This document shows positions 34,260 to 43,932 of a DNA stretch of 64,000 bases, piece after piece. Each line of letters starts with the position of its first letter. Within the stretch, counting starts at the first letter, position 1. Position numbers and translations under genes: made by a program. Under the pieces are notes generated by a model, which ran no database searches, was not told the DNA's origin, and saw only the letters and a program-made list of their open reading frames with translations. Origin of the DNA: Candidatus Bathyarchaeota archaeon B24 (lineage in GTDB: Archaea; Thermoproteota; CALKCG01; B24); the NCBI GenBank assembly GCA_001593865.1, contig LUCB01000003.1, positions 30,781 through 94,780 of the forward strand, written 5' to 3'.

Positions 34260-35299
34260 GAGCTTACAGGATAGCTCTCATACCTGGTGACGGGATAGGT
34301 CCAGAGCAGATGGACGCCACCTTAAAGGTGTTAGATGCTGTTCAAGAAAACCTAAGCCTAAAGCTTAACTATGTCTTTCTAGAAGCCGGTGATAGATGTC
34401 TCGAGAAGCACGGAGTAGCCCTACCGGAGGAGACGGTTAAAGCCGTTATGAGCGCTGACGCGGCTTTGAAAGGACCTGTGGGCGAGACGGCAGCCGATGT
34501 CATCGTAAGGCTTAGACAGCTCTTAGACCTCTACGCGAACGTCAGACCGTTCAAATCGTATCCCGGAGTTCCATGTCTTAAACCCGGTATAGACTTCGTC
34601 GTTGTCAGAGAAAACACCGAAGGCCTCTACAAGGGCTTCGAATTCAGACCCTCCGACGACGTGGCGGTTAGCCTGAGGGTTATCACCCGACGTGGCTCTG
34701 AGCGTATAGCCAGATACGCGTTCGAAGAGGCCTTACGTAGGGGTTCGAAGCTCAAGGTCACGGCTGTTCATAAGGCGAACGTTCTGAAAGCCACCTGCGG
34801 CTTATTTGCAGAAGTCTGTAGAAGCGTTGCCAAGGATTATCCCCAGGTTTCTTATGAAGAGATGTACGTGGACGCGGCTGCCATGCGGCTCATAAGAGAG
34901 CCTGAGAGCTTCGACGTCTTAGTCACGACCAACATGTTCGGAGATATACTCAGCGACGAGGCTGCTGAGCTCGTAGGAGGACTCGGCTTAGCGCCTGGAG
35001 CTAACATAGGTGACCGGCATGCGCTCTTCGAACCCGTTCATGGAGCGGCCTGGGATATAGCCGGTAAGAACGTCGCAAACCCGAGTAGCCTGATATTGGC
35101 TTCGAAGATGATGCTTGAATGGCTCGGCTCTAGGCGTGACGATAATGTATGCTTAGAAGCGGCTATCACCATCGAAAAGGCCTTGGTCGAGGCTTTTAGG
35201 AAAGGGTATACGACAAGGGACCTTGGTGGAAACCTATCCACGAGTATGATGGGTTCTAAAGTTGCCTCGCTCGTCAGAGAGTTCGCTACCTCACGATGA
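34256..35299 (+). CDS. leuB: 3-isopropylmalate dehydrogenase family (beta-decarboxylating dehydrogenase)
   Basis: Motifs IALIPGDGIGPE, VVVRENTEGLY and NMFGDILSDEAAELVGGLGLAPGANIG. A TTGA overlap couples it to leuD. Confidence 0.9.
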   Translation: MRAYRIALIPGDGIGPEQMDATLKVLDAVQENLSLKLNYVFLEAGDRCLEKHGVALPEETVKAVMSADAALKGPVGETAADVIVRLRQLLDLYANVRPFKSYPGVPCLKPGIDFVVVRENTEGLYKGFEFRPSDDVAVSLRVITRRGSERIARYAFEEALRRGSKLKVTAVHKANVLKATCGLFAEVCRSVAKDYPQVSYEEMYVDAAAMRLIREPESFDVLVTTNMFGDILSDEAAELVGGLGLAPGANIGDRHALFEPVHGAAWDIAGKNVANPSSLILASKMMLEWLGSRRDDNVCLEAAITIEKALVEAFRKGYTTRDLGGNLSTSMMGSKVASLVREFATSR

Positions 35300-35359
35300 A
35301 GCCTGTATCTTTCACGGCTGCATAAGACTTTTAACCCGTATTTTCTCCACTATTTAGTT

Positions 35360-36865
35360 GTGTCCAGCCGTTATATTCGGATATTCGACACCACGCTAAG
35401 GGATGGGGAGCAGACCCCTGGCGTATCGTTAACTCCTGAGGATAAGCTAGTCGTCGCCCGGCAACTCGACAGGTTGGGTGTGGACGTGATCGAAGCGGGC
35501 TTCCCGATCACGTCCAAAGGCGAGACCGAGGCCGTTAAGCTTATAGTGAAAGAGGGTCTAAACGCCGAAGTATGCGGCTTAGCTAGGGCTTTAAAGCAGG
35601 ACATAGACGCGGTCATAAACTGCGGCTTAAACAGTGTACACCTCTTTATAGCGACATCAGACATCCACCTTAAGTACAAGCTTAAGATGAGCCGAGATGA
35701 TGCTTTGGCTAAGGCTTTGGAGGCGTTAGACTACGCTAAGGACCATGGTTTAACCGTCGAGTTCTCAGCCGAAGACGCGACCAGGACAGACGTAGAGTTT
35801 CTCAAAAAATTCTATAAGACCCTGTGCGATGCTGGAGCTGATAGGATAAACGTCCCAGATACGGTCGGCGTGATGACGCCTAGACGCATGTACGAGCTGA
35901 TATCAGAGCTCAAGACCGTAGTCTCGAAGCCTATAAGCGTCCACTGTCATGACGACTTCGGTATGGCTGTCGCCAACAGCCTCGCGGCTGTCGAAGCTGG
36001 GGCGGAGCAGGTTCACGTGACCGTTAACGGTCTCGGGGAGAGGGCTGGTAACGCGGCTCTGGAGGAGGTGGTCGTCTCCCTTAAACTCCTATACGGCTTC
36101 GAGGTGGGTGTAAATCCTAAACTGATATACGGCACCTCTAGGCTCGTATCTAGGATGACCGGTATACCGATACAGCCGAATAAGGCAGTCGTCGGAGACA
36201 ACGCCTTCGCCCACGAGTCCGGTATACACACGCACGGAGTCACGAGGCATCCGCTAACCTACGAGCCGATACCGCCCGAGTTTGTCGGACGTAGGAGACG
36301 GATTCTAGCCGGCAAACACGCCGGGACTCATGGTCTTAAGGTGCTTCTAGAAGAACTCGGGCTAAGGTTAACCGAGAGCCAGGTCAAGGAGATTCTAGCT
36401 AGGGTTAAAGAGCTCGGTGATAAGGGTAAGCAGGTTACCGAGGAAGACCTGACGGCTATAGCTCGAGCCGTAGCGGGTGAAGTCGTTAAAGAGGAAAGGG
36501 TTCTGAAGCTCGACGAGCTGGCTGTGATGACAGGTAATAAAATCATACCGACGGCCTCGGTTAAGGTGGTGATAGATGGTAAGGAGTATGTGGCCTCTAA
36601 GACAGGTGTCGGACCTGTGGACGCTGCTATAAAGGCGTTAGAAGAGGTGTTAAACCCGGTGATCAAGGTCTATCTAAGGGAGTATCGTCTCGAGGCTATA
36701 ACAGGCGGTTCGGACGCCTTAGCCGAAGTTATAATCAAGGTCGAGGATGAGGAGGGGAACATCGTGTCGGCTAGAGCGGCTAGGGAAGATATAGTTATGG
36801 CGAGTGTGGAGGCTATGGTGAATAGTATAAACAAGCTCCTGCTTAGAAGACGTAAGACCGGATGA
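35360..36865 (+). CDS. leuA: 2-isopropylmalate synthase / (R)-citramalate synthase with C-terminal LeuA-dimer regulatory domain
   Basis: Motifs IFDTTLRDGEQTPGV and HCHDDFGMAVANSLAAVEAGA..VHVTVNGLGERAGNAALEE, plus a ~120-aa C-terminal domain. LeuA and CimA cannot be told apart by eye. Confidence 0.85.
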   Translation: MSSRYIRIFDTTLRDGEQTPGVSLTPEDKLVVARQLDRLGVDVIEAGFPITSKGETEAVKLIVKEGLNAEVCGLARALKQDIDAVINCGLNSVHLFIATSDIHLKYKLKMSRDDALAKALEALDYAKDHGLTVEFSAEDATRTDVEFLKKFYKTLCDAGADRINVPDTVGVMTPRRMYELISELKTVVSKPISVHCHDDFGMAVANSLAAVEAGAEQVHVTVNGLGERAGNAALEEVVVSLKLLYGFEVGVNPKLIYGTSRLVSRMTGIPIQPNKAVVGDNAFAHESGIHTHGVTRHPLTYEPIPPEFVGRRRRILAGKHAGTHGLKVLLEELGLRLTESQVKEILARVKELGDKGKQVTEEDLTAIARAVAGEVVKEERVLKLDELAVMTGNKIIPTASVKVVIDGKEYVASKTGVGPVDAAIKALEEVLNPVIKVYLREYRLEAITGGSDALAEVIIKVEDEEGNIVSARAAREDIVMASVEAMVNSINKLLLRRRKTG

Positions 36866-37530
36866 CCATGCTAGAGGGTTTCCTATTGGACCTAGCATCG
36901 TTCATAATATATGTGATCGTCGTAACGGTCTCAGGAGTCTTAAGCCCGGGCCCCTTGACGATAGCTACTTTGATCCACGGCGCTAAAGGCGGTTTGAAGG
37001 CCGGGTTAAACTGTGCCTTAGGGCATATGCTTGTCGAGCTTCCGCTTGCCGTTCTCATAGGCTTGGGTCTACTGAACCTAATGGGCTCTGGTGTGAAGCA
37101 GATTCTAGAAATCGTGGGCGGCCTAGCCCTAATAGGCTTCGGAATGCTACAACTCAGGGGGAGCTTGAGGTCTGTCAACAGTTCTCAAGATGTTTCTGCA
37201 GAAGGCTCTATGCTTCCGATGAGCGGAAGCGCTCTTCTAACGGGGGTAACCCTCACGGGGTTGAACCCTTACTTCATCTTATGGTGGCTCAGCATAGGGT
37301 CTGCCCTGATATATGAGGCGTTGAACCTAGGCTTGGTCGAAGGGTTAGCCATCATGTATCTAGCCCACGTATGGATGGATTACGCGTGGTTGGGTCTGAT
37401 AGCCCACCTATCCGGATGCGGTAGGAGAGTATTAGGACGTAAGATATACCGGTACATACTGATAGGCTTCAGCATAGCCCTAGTGGTATTCGGAGTCTTA
37501 TGGATCGCCTCAGCCATAGGTGTCTCATAG
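36862..37530 (+). CDS. LysE/RhtB-family amino-acid exporter
   Basis: 222 aa with 6 TM. It has the N-terminal pattern SGVLSPGPLTIATLIHGAKGGLKAGLNCALGHMLVELPL. An ATGA overlap couples it to the leuA stop. Confidence 0.75.
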   Translation: MTMLEGFLLDLASFIIYVIVVTVSGVLSPGPLTIATLIHGAKGGLKAGLNCALGHMLVELPLAVLIGLGLLNLMGSGVKQILEIVGGLALIGFGMLQLRGSLRSVNSSQDVSAEGSMLPMSGSALLTGVTLTGLNPYFILWWLSIGSALIYEALNLGLVEGLAIMYLAHVWMDYAWLGLIAHLSGCGRRVLGRKIYRYILIGFSIALVVFGVLWIASAIGVS

Positions 37531-37827
37531 CCTCTTTCTACCATGCCTATATGGTCTAGTCCTGTTTATCTCCATCTTCCTCTTAACGGCCTCCGATATC
37601 CTAAGGTCTAGGTCTCCGCATAGATGGAAAACCCTGATCAAGGTGTCGGCTATCTCCTCCCGGAACCCTTTCCTGTCGTCGTCTCTCCAAGCCTCCATAG
37701 CTTCAGCAAGTTCCGTCACGACCAGCATAAGGTAGACCGGTGCATTATCCCAGGTCACATGAAACCCTTTAGAGTTAGCTATTTCCTTAGCCTCTTTGAC
37801 GAAATCTTCAAGCGTAGAAGTCTTCAA
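37525..37827 (-). CDS. MazG-like nucleotide pyrophosphohydrolase (small all-alpha NTP-PPase)
   Basis: The sequence LMLVVTELAEAMEAWRDDD...EEIADTLIRVFHLCGDLDLRISEAVKRKMEINRTRPYRHG carries the E-x-x-E ... E-x-x-D metal motifs typical of the family. Confidence 0.75.
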   Translation of the reverse strand: MKTSTLEDFVKEAKEIANSKGFHVTWDNAPVYLMLVVTELAEAMEAWRDDDRKGFREEIADTLIRVFHLCGDLDLRISEAVKRKMEINRTRPYRHGRKRL

Positions 37828-38010
37828 TCCTTTAACACCGTCTTCAACCGGTAGGTATCGGCGAACTTAAACATTGTTTCACCAAAAAGTTAAGCTGAAG
37901 TCGATCACCTAGCTTAGAATTATCACCCTGTTATCAACGAAATCCTCGGCGAGTATAGACGCGAAAGACATATCCCTCCATGGGATGCTATAATTCTATC
38001 GGAGGTCGCT

Positions 38011-39096
38011 TTGAAAGAAGATGTTCTTAGAAGACTAAAGTTCCGGTTAGACCTCGTAGCGTTGCTCGATGACAAACCTGTTTTGGATAGGCGGTCTGCT
38101 ATGCTCTTGAAACTCATAGACGAACGTGGTTCCATTCTATCGGCTTGTAGAAGCCTCGGAATACCCTACTCTAACGCGTGGTCTATGATGGTCAAGACCG
38201 AGAGGTCTCTTGGTATGCGCATAATCGAGCCTGCTAAAGGCGGTAGAGGCGGAGGCGGAACCAGGCTTACGGAGGCCGGTAGGAGGCTTTTAGAGACCTA
38301 CATGGCTCATCTTAAGGTGGTGTCTGAATCTGTAGAGGTCGAGACTACCAAATCCATACCACCTGACTTGTTGATCGCCGGTAGCCATGACCCTTTACTG
38401 GAGGATTCTATAGAAGATTTCAAGACGTTTAGCGGTTTAAGGGATGTCGAGGTTTCATGGATAGGCTCCGCAGGCGGCTTAGCTAGCGTGATGCTCGGTG
38501 AGGCGGATGTAGCTGGAGTACACCTGAAAGACCCTGAGACGGGTGTATACAACACCCCCTTCTTGGCGAAGTATTGGCTGGACGATAAAGCCGTGGTCAT
38601 CAAGGGGTTCAAGAGGCTTATGGTCTTCGCCTATAGACACACCACTCGGTTTAGGGGGGTAGACGACATACTCGCCGGTAAGGTTAGATTGGTGAACCGG
38701 GTTCTAGGCTCTGGGACTAGGCTTCTGCTCGACCAGCTTCTGAAGGCCAGGGCCTTGAGACTAGGCATAGAGCCTCGAGAGATCCCGAGTAGGGTATTGG
38801 GTTACGATTTCGAGGTTAAAACTCATCACGAAGTGGCCAAAGGCATACTTGAGGATAAGGGGGATGTGGGTTTAACCCTGAAATACATCGCTGAGAAATA
38901 TGGTTTAGCCTATACACCTGTTTGCTGGGAGAACTATGATTTCGTCGTGAGGGTCTCTAGGCTCGATAGAAAACCTGTAAAGGCTTTCATAGGTTTTCTT
39001 GAAAGCTCGTTTTTCCAAAAGCGGTTGAAGCGTTTCGATGGCTATGACCTTAGCTCCTCGATCGGTGAAATAATATACGCTCCTCCAGCCCCGTAA
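38011..39096 (+). CDS. ModE-type HTH transcriptional regulator fused to a PBP-like (type II binding-protein fold) sensor domain
   Basis: The N-terminus LLKLIDERGSILSACRSLGIPYSNAWSMMVKTERSLGMRIIEPAKGGRGGGGTRLTEAGRRLLETY matches the ModE N-terminal domain, including the GG..GGG.LT motif. A C-terminal ~250 aa alpha/beta domain follows. TTG start. Confidence 0.7.
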   Translation: MKEDVLRRLKFRLDLVALLDDKPVLDRRSAMLLKLIDERGSILSACRSLGIPYSNAWSMMVKTERSLGMRIIEPAKGGRGGGGTRLTEAGRRLLETYMAHLKVVSESVEVETTKSIPPDLLIAGSHDPLLEDSIEDFKTFSGLRDVEVSWIGSAGGLASVMLGEADVAGVHLKDPETGVYNTPFLAKYWLDDKAVVIKGFKRLMVFAYRHTTRFRGVDDILAGKVRLVNRVLGSGTRLLLDQLLKARALRLGIEPREIPSRVLGYDFEVKTHHEVAKGILEDKGDVGLTLKYIAEKYGLAYTPVCWENYDFVVRVSRLDRKPVKAFIGFLESSFFQKRLKRFDGYDLSSSIGEIIYAPPAP

Positions 39097-39140
39097 ACTT
39101 CAAAAATCCTAGCATCTTATGCTTAGGTTTAGGTGTCTCT

Positions 39141-40472
39141 TTGGAGGTGCTCCTCGAAAACTGCGACTGGGTTTTAACCCAAGACGAGAATAGACGGGTT
39201 TTAAGGAAAACTTCTGTGCTTGTTAAGGATGGTTTGATCGAGGCGATAGGCCGCGGTTTAAAAGGCGGGGACTTGGTGGTGAGCGGTGAGGGTAAGGTTC
39301 TTATGCCCGGTCTCATAAACACGCATACTCACCTATCGATGACTCTGCTCAGGGGATATGCGGAAGACCTGCCGTTAGATGAGTGGCTTAGGGAAAGGAT
39401 CTGGCCGGTCGAACGTAAGTTGACAGGTCGACTATGCTACATAGGTGCTCTCCTAGGGTGTCTCGAGATGATAAGGACCGGAACGACCTGTGTGGTCGAC
39501 ATGTACTATCACGCAGGCGAGGTCGCTAGAGCAGTTCATGAATCTTGTCTAAGGGGTTTCATAGGTCAAGGGATGATCGACGTAGCCGGTTCAGACGAGG
39601 TTAGGATATCGAACGAGCCGCTTCGAAAGGACTTCTTAAACGCTACTTACAAGGCGGTCGAGTCGATAAGGGGCCTCAGAGATCCCAAGGTTAAGCCGAT
39701 AATCGCCCCTCATGCACCCTACACATGCTCCGATGAGCTTCTAGCTGAGGCTATACTTCTAGCCGAGAGGCTTGATACGCTTGTTCACATTCACCTAGCC
39801 GAGACGAGGAGGGAGCAGGCTCTTTTCCAGAAGACCTACGGATGCACGGTGGTCGAGTATTTGGATAAACTCGGCTTTTTAACCCCGAGGGTTCTTGCGG
39901 CGCACTGTGTTTGGTTGACTAAGCACGACGTGAGGGTCTTGGCTGAGAGGGGTGTTAGCGTCTCTCATTGTCCGGTCTCGAACATGAAACTCGGCGTGGG
40001 TGGGGTAGCACCCATACCGGAGATGCTTGAGTTCGGGGTTGCTGTCTCGCTCGGTACAGATGGGGCTGCGAGCAATAACACGCTGGACATGTTCGAGACC
40101 ATGAAGTTCGCCGCCCTCCTTCAAAAGCATAGCCGCTGGGATCCCGCTGTCTTTAAGGCTCAGCAGATATTAGATATGGCTACCGTTTCGGCTGCCGAGG
40201 CCCTTGGGCTACAAGGTAGGGTCGGTTGCGTCAAAGAAGGCTTGGAGGCTGATCTGATACTCGTCGACTTGAAAACTCCAAGCCTTCAGCCGATACATGG
40301 GCCTGAAAGCCTAGTGGCGAACCTCATATACTCGGCTAAGGGTTTAAACGTGGATACGGTGCTCGTCCAAGGCAAGCCCCTGATGGTCGAGAAAACCGTC
40401 GAAACCCTAGACCCAGAAGCCGTCTACAGTCTAGCTGAGGAGGGTCTAGAAGAGCTCGGGATCAAAGCTTAA
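39141..40472 (+). CDS. mtaD: Amidohydrolase, 5'-methylthioadenosine/S-adenosylhomocysteine deaminase family
   Basis: Motifs PGLINTHTHLSMTLLRGYAEDLPLDEWL, HIHLAET, and HC..L and GTDGAASNN, matching the MtaD/DadD/TrzA-type metal-ligand pattern. TTG start. Confidence 0.8.
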   Translation: MEVLLENCDWVLTQDENRRVLRKTSVLVKDGLIEAIGRGLKGGDLVVSGEGKVLMPGLINTHTHLSMTLLRGYAEDLPLDEWLRERIWPVERKLTGRLCYIGALLGCLEMIRTGTTCVVDMYYHAGEVARAVHESCLRGFIGQGMIDVAGSDEVRISNEPLRKDFLNATYKAVESIRGLRDPKVKPIIAPHAPYTCSDELLAEAILLAERLDTLVHIHLAETRREQALFQKTYGCTVVEYLDKLGFLTPRVLAAHCVWLTKHDVRVLAERGVSVSHCPVSNMKLGVGGVAPIPEMLEFGVAVSLGTDGAASNNTLDMFETMKFAALLQKHSRWDPAVFKAQQILDMATVSAAEALGLQGRVGCVKEGLEADLILVDLKTPSLQPIHGPESLVANLIYSAKGLNVDTVLVQGKPLMVEKTVETLDPEAVYSLAEEGLEELGIKA

Positions 40473-40501
40473 AACGTAGAACCTCTTTAACCTTAGAGGT
40501 T

Positions 40502-41206
40502 ATGTCCAAGCCTATAGCGACGGTCTCGTTCGACTTCGGTGGGACTTTAGCCTATGAGGTTAAGGAGGATTATGAGGTTTACCATGAAATCCTAGAGGAG
40601 ATGGGCTATCGCTTTCGGTTGATGGAGGTGGAGTCGGCTTATCGTGAGGCCGTGGAATGGTGGCGTATGGTTAAACGCAGGGAGAACCTTGTATGGAACG
40701 AGGATTCTCAAAGAAAGCTCATTTCTCGGATTCTCCTCAACCTCAGGGTTGAAGAGTCGAGAGAATTGGTAGACCGTATCCTCGAGGTTAGACGCGATAA
40801 GAGGCTTATGAAACCCTACAGCGACGCCGAGCCGGCTGTCAGAAGGCTTAAGGAGATGGGTTTTAAACTGATAGTGATCTCCAACGTCTCATCCGAGAGG
40901 AACCTCTCGGCCTATTTAACCCAGGTCGGTCTTAGAGGATACTTCAGCCTACTGTTCGCCTCAGGTTCCCTAGGGGTCGAGAAACCTGATTCCGAGATCT
41001 TCCTGTACGCCTCTAGGGTCTCCGGTACGCCACCGGACATGATGGTTCATATAGGCGACGACTATGAGGCAGACTACCTCGGAGCTGAGAAAGCCGGGTT
41101 GAAGGCCATATTGATAGACAGGGCAAACCGATACGCTGGCCAGCGATGTACCCGTGTGAAAAGTCTACTGCAAGTCCCCGAGCTCTTAGAGGAGTTTATG
41201 AAATGA
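40502..41206 (+). CDS. HAD-superfamily hydrolase
   Basis: Motif I is VSFDFGGTL, motif II is VISNVS and motifs III/IV are K...HIGDDYEADYLGAEKAG. Confidence 0.8.
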   Translation: MSKPIATVSFDFGGTLAYEVKEDYEVYHEILEEMGYRFRLMEVESAYREAVEWWRMVKRRENLVWNEDSQRKLISRILLNLRVEESRELVDRILEVRRDKRLMKPYSDAEPAVRRLKEMGFKLIVISNVSSERNLSAYLTQVGLRGYFSLLFASGSLGVEKPDSEIFLYASRVSGTPPDMMVHIGDDYEADYLGAEKAGLKAILIDRANRYAGQRCTRVKSLLQVPELLEEFMK

Positions 41207-41212
41207 TGGTCT

Positions 41213-41896
41213 TCATTTCGTCGCTAGATAAGCCTCCTCTATCTCGAGATATCCTGAATCCCCCATCCAAACCGGTCTGGCTTTTTCCACAACGAGCCGC
41301 TTCTTGAAGATCGGCGCGTCCAATACGAGTGTCTCATACTCACCCCCTTCTCCGGCTGGGTTAAACCTATACCTGGACGCCAGGGAGTTGAGTTCCTCTA
41401 TGGCTTCGTCGTTTAACACCCTACCCAACCATTTTTTCGTCAACCCCTCAGCCGCGACGCCGACTATCATAACCGAGAAGCCTAGGCTCATCACTTCGGC
41501 TAAGAGAAGCTCGCCTCTCTTCCCCCAAAGCGGTGTGAACGTTCTAAGCTTAAGCTCCTCGCATACGAGGTCGACTAGCGTTCTCTGATAATCGCTCGCC
41601 AGAACACCTGAGACGACTACGTCTACGTCGAACCTCTCTACGGCTTTCTTCAGCATACTACGTAGGTCTCTTAAGCCCCTAGTTGCAGAGTCGCCTGTCC
41701 TCCTGATGAGGATAGGGATCCCCATGGCCTCGGCTTGTAGGACCGCAAACCGGACCGCCGGATAGTGAAACAGCCAGGATTCTAGGCTTTTAGGTATGAG
41801 GGTTATCAAGCAGGATACATCATATCCTTGGTGCATAGCGGTCCATAAGGCGAATAGACTATCCTTACCTCCTGAGAACAAAGCCACGGCCTTCAA
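41213..41896 (-). CDS. dph6: Diphthine-ammonia ligase (Dph6, MJ0570-type ATP pyrophosphatase domain)
   Basis: It has the N-terminal PP-loop ALFSGGKDSLFAL, a length of ~227 aa, and a conserved C-terminal GEGGEYETLVLD. Confidence 0.75.
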   Translation of the reverse strand: MKAVALFSGGKDSLFALWTAMHQGYDVSCLITLIPKSLESWLFHYPAVRFAVLQAEAMGIPILIRRTGDSATRGLRDLRSMLKKAVERFDVDVVVSGVLASDYQRTLVDLVCEELKLRTFTPLWGKRGELLLAEVMSLGFSVMIVGVAAEGLTKKWLGRVLNDEAIEELNSLASRYRFNPAGEGGEYETLVLDAPIFKKRLVVEKARPVWMGDSGYLEIEEAYLATK

Positions 41897-41930
41897 CGAT
41901 GGAGAGGTATAGGGTTATCTCCTAATTAAG

Positions 41931-42434
41931 CTAAGCCTCCTTAAGTTTAGCCCCACAGTATGGGCAGTATACGGCCTCGGGAGGTACTTTAGCTCCACAG
42001 TATGGACAGACACCTGGAGTAACACGGGGCTTGACAGGGGCTAGGGTTTTCCTCAGATAGGCGCCTACGAAGCCCCCTCCGAAACCTATGCTAAGCTCTA
42101 TCGCTAAGCTCACGAGCATCGCGACTATGAGGAAGGGTATATTCGATAACTCTGTACCTGGCAACGGTTCCTCAGGTAGAAGTATAACCCCCATCTGGTA
42201 TAGGAGCATGGCTATGGATGGACGTACCAGTAAAGCGTCTACGAGGGCTATCGTTATTCCTGCTTTACCACCGCCTTTTATCGGTTCTATGAAGAAGCTC
42301 CCTGCTACTAGGCCTCCTAGAAAAGACGATAGAAGAACGGCCGCACTCATTCCGGTGGTTAAGAGGACGACAAAGTCTATTACAGCAGCTGTTACAAACC
42401 CTGCTACTAAAGCCAACCCAAGCTTCTGAGCCAT
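41931..42434 (-). CDS. Multi-pass membrane protein with a C-terminal double CPYCGAK zinc ribbon (hypothetical)
   Basis: 4-5 TM helices, then CPYCGAKVPPEAVYCPYCGAKL. Confidence 0.55.
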   Translation of the reverse strand: MAQKLGLALVAGFVTAAVIDFVVLLTTGMSAAVLLSSFLGGLVAGSFFIEPIKGGGKAGITIALVDALLVRPSIAMLLYQMGVILLPEEPLPGTELSNIPFLIVAMLVSLAIELSIGFGGGFVGAYLRKTLAPVKPRVTPGVCPYCGAKVPPEAVYCPYCGAKLKEA

Positions 42435-42531
42435 ACCTTTAGATCAGGATGCCGCGTTCGATTTAAGGGTTTAGCCTCTCCGCTAACTTTAAACGTTTTA
42501 AACGGTTTATCACACGGATGGTGGAGTCGTA

Positions 42532-43920
42532 TTGAGGATCAGAAACTTCGAAGAACTCGTAGCTAACGGTTTGACGGACGAGGATAAAGAGGCCAGAAGA
42601 ATATGTCTTGAGGTTCTCGATAAAGTCATCGAAGAGCTTGACCCAAGGAAGATGGTATTCTCCAAAGTCAGAAGAACCGGCTCTAAACTGCATATCGACA
42701 GGTTAACCCTAGACCTAGACGAGTTTGAACACGTATACCTCGTTGGCTTCGGGAAGGCAAGCCACCTTATGGCTGAGGCTATGGAGCAGCTCATAGGCGA
42801 TAAACTGACCAGAGGATTCATAAACATACTCAAGGATGTAAGCTTCGAATCCTTAACCGGCCGGGTCGAATCTAAGAAGGTAAGTCACCCTATACCAGAC
42901 GAGGAGGGTCTCTTAGGTGCGAAGCAGATCCTGAAGCTAGTGTCTGATGCCTCTGAGAAAGACCTTGTCATTTGTCTGATCTCTGGAGGCGGCTCGGCTA
43001 TGACACCTCTACCGGCCGAGGATATAACGCTTAAGGACAAACAAAGGACCACGCAGGCTCTTCTAAAATGTGGTGCGAGAATCGACGAAGTCAACGCCGT
43101 TAGAAAGCATATTTCAGCCTTTAAGGGTGGTCAGCTCGCTAGAGCCGCCTATCCGGCTACGGTATTGAGCTTGATAGTTTCAGATGTCGTAGGTGATCCG
43201 TTGGAGGTCATAGCGTCCGGGCCTACTTCGCCTGATCCTTCGACTTTCAAAGACGCCTACGAAATACTCAGGAGATACGGTATATGGGAATCTGTCCCAG
43301 AGTCTGTCAGAAGACGTATAGAAGCCGGTTTAAGAGGCGAAGTCGAGGAGACTCCTAAGCCAGGAGATAAGGTATTCGAAAAAGTCCATAATCTGATCGT
43401 CGGGAACAATAGGCTTGCATGTCGTATAGCGGCTGAACGCGCCCAGAAGCTTGGATTAAATACCTTAATACTATCGTCTGTGGTCGAGGGCGAGGCTAGG
43501 CACGTCGGCACGGTCTATGGCAGCATACTGGTCGAAGAAGTCTTAGCCGACAGCCCTGTAGAGAAGCCGGCCGCGATAATAGCCGGTGGCGAGACGACCG
43601 TAACCGTCAGAGGCTCTGGGCTAGGCGGTAGAAACCAGGAACTTGTCCTATCAGCCTCTAGGAAGATCAAGGGTCTTAGGGGAGTTACGATCGCTTCTCT
43701 AGGGACCGACGGGATCGATGGTCCGACAGACGCCGCCGGGGCGATAGCCGACGGTAAAACAGTCCTCAGGGCGGAGGAGAAGGGTTTAGACCCTGAGAAA
43801 TACCTCGGCGATAACGATTCCTACAGGTTCTTCAAGAGCCTTGGAGACCTGATCTTTACCGGCCCGACGGGGACGAACGTAACGGATATAGCTGTGATCG
43901 TGGCTCTTAAAACCGACTGA
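42532..43920 (+). CDS. Glycerate 2-kinase (MOFRL / DUF4147 family)
   Basis: LISGGGSAMTPLP...LLKCGARIDEVNAVRKHISAFKGGQLA and C-terminal GTDGIDGPTDAAGA...TGPTGTNVTD are the family hallmarks. TTG start. Confidence 0.8.
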   Translation: MRIRNFEELVANGLTDEDKEARRICLEVLDKVIEELDPRKMVFSKVRRTGSKLHIDRLTLDLDEFEHVYLVGFGKASHLMAEAMEQLIGDKLTRGFINILKDVSFESLTGRVESKKVSHPIPDEEGLLGAKQILKLVSDASEKDLVICLISGGGSAMTPLPAEDITLKDKQRTTQALLKCGARIDEVNAVRKHISAFKGGQLARAAYPATVLSLIVSDVVGDPLEVIASGPTSPDPSTFKDAYEILRRYGIWESVPESVRRRIEAGLRGEVEETPKPGDKVFEKVHNLIVGNNRLACRIAAERAQKLGLNTLILSSVVEGEARHVGTVYGSILVEEVLADSPVEKPAAIIAGGETTVTVRGSGLGGRNQELVLSASRKIKGLRGVTIASLGTDGIDGPTDAAGAIADGKTVLRAEEKGLDPEKYLGDNDSYRFFKSLGDLIFTGPTGTNVTDIAVIVALKTD

Positions 43921-43932
43921 ACCGAGAGGGAG

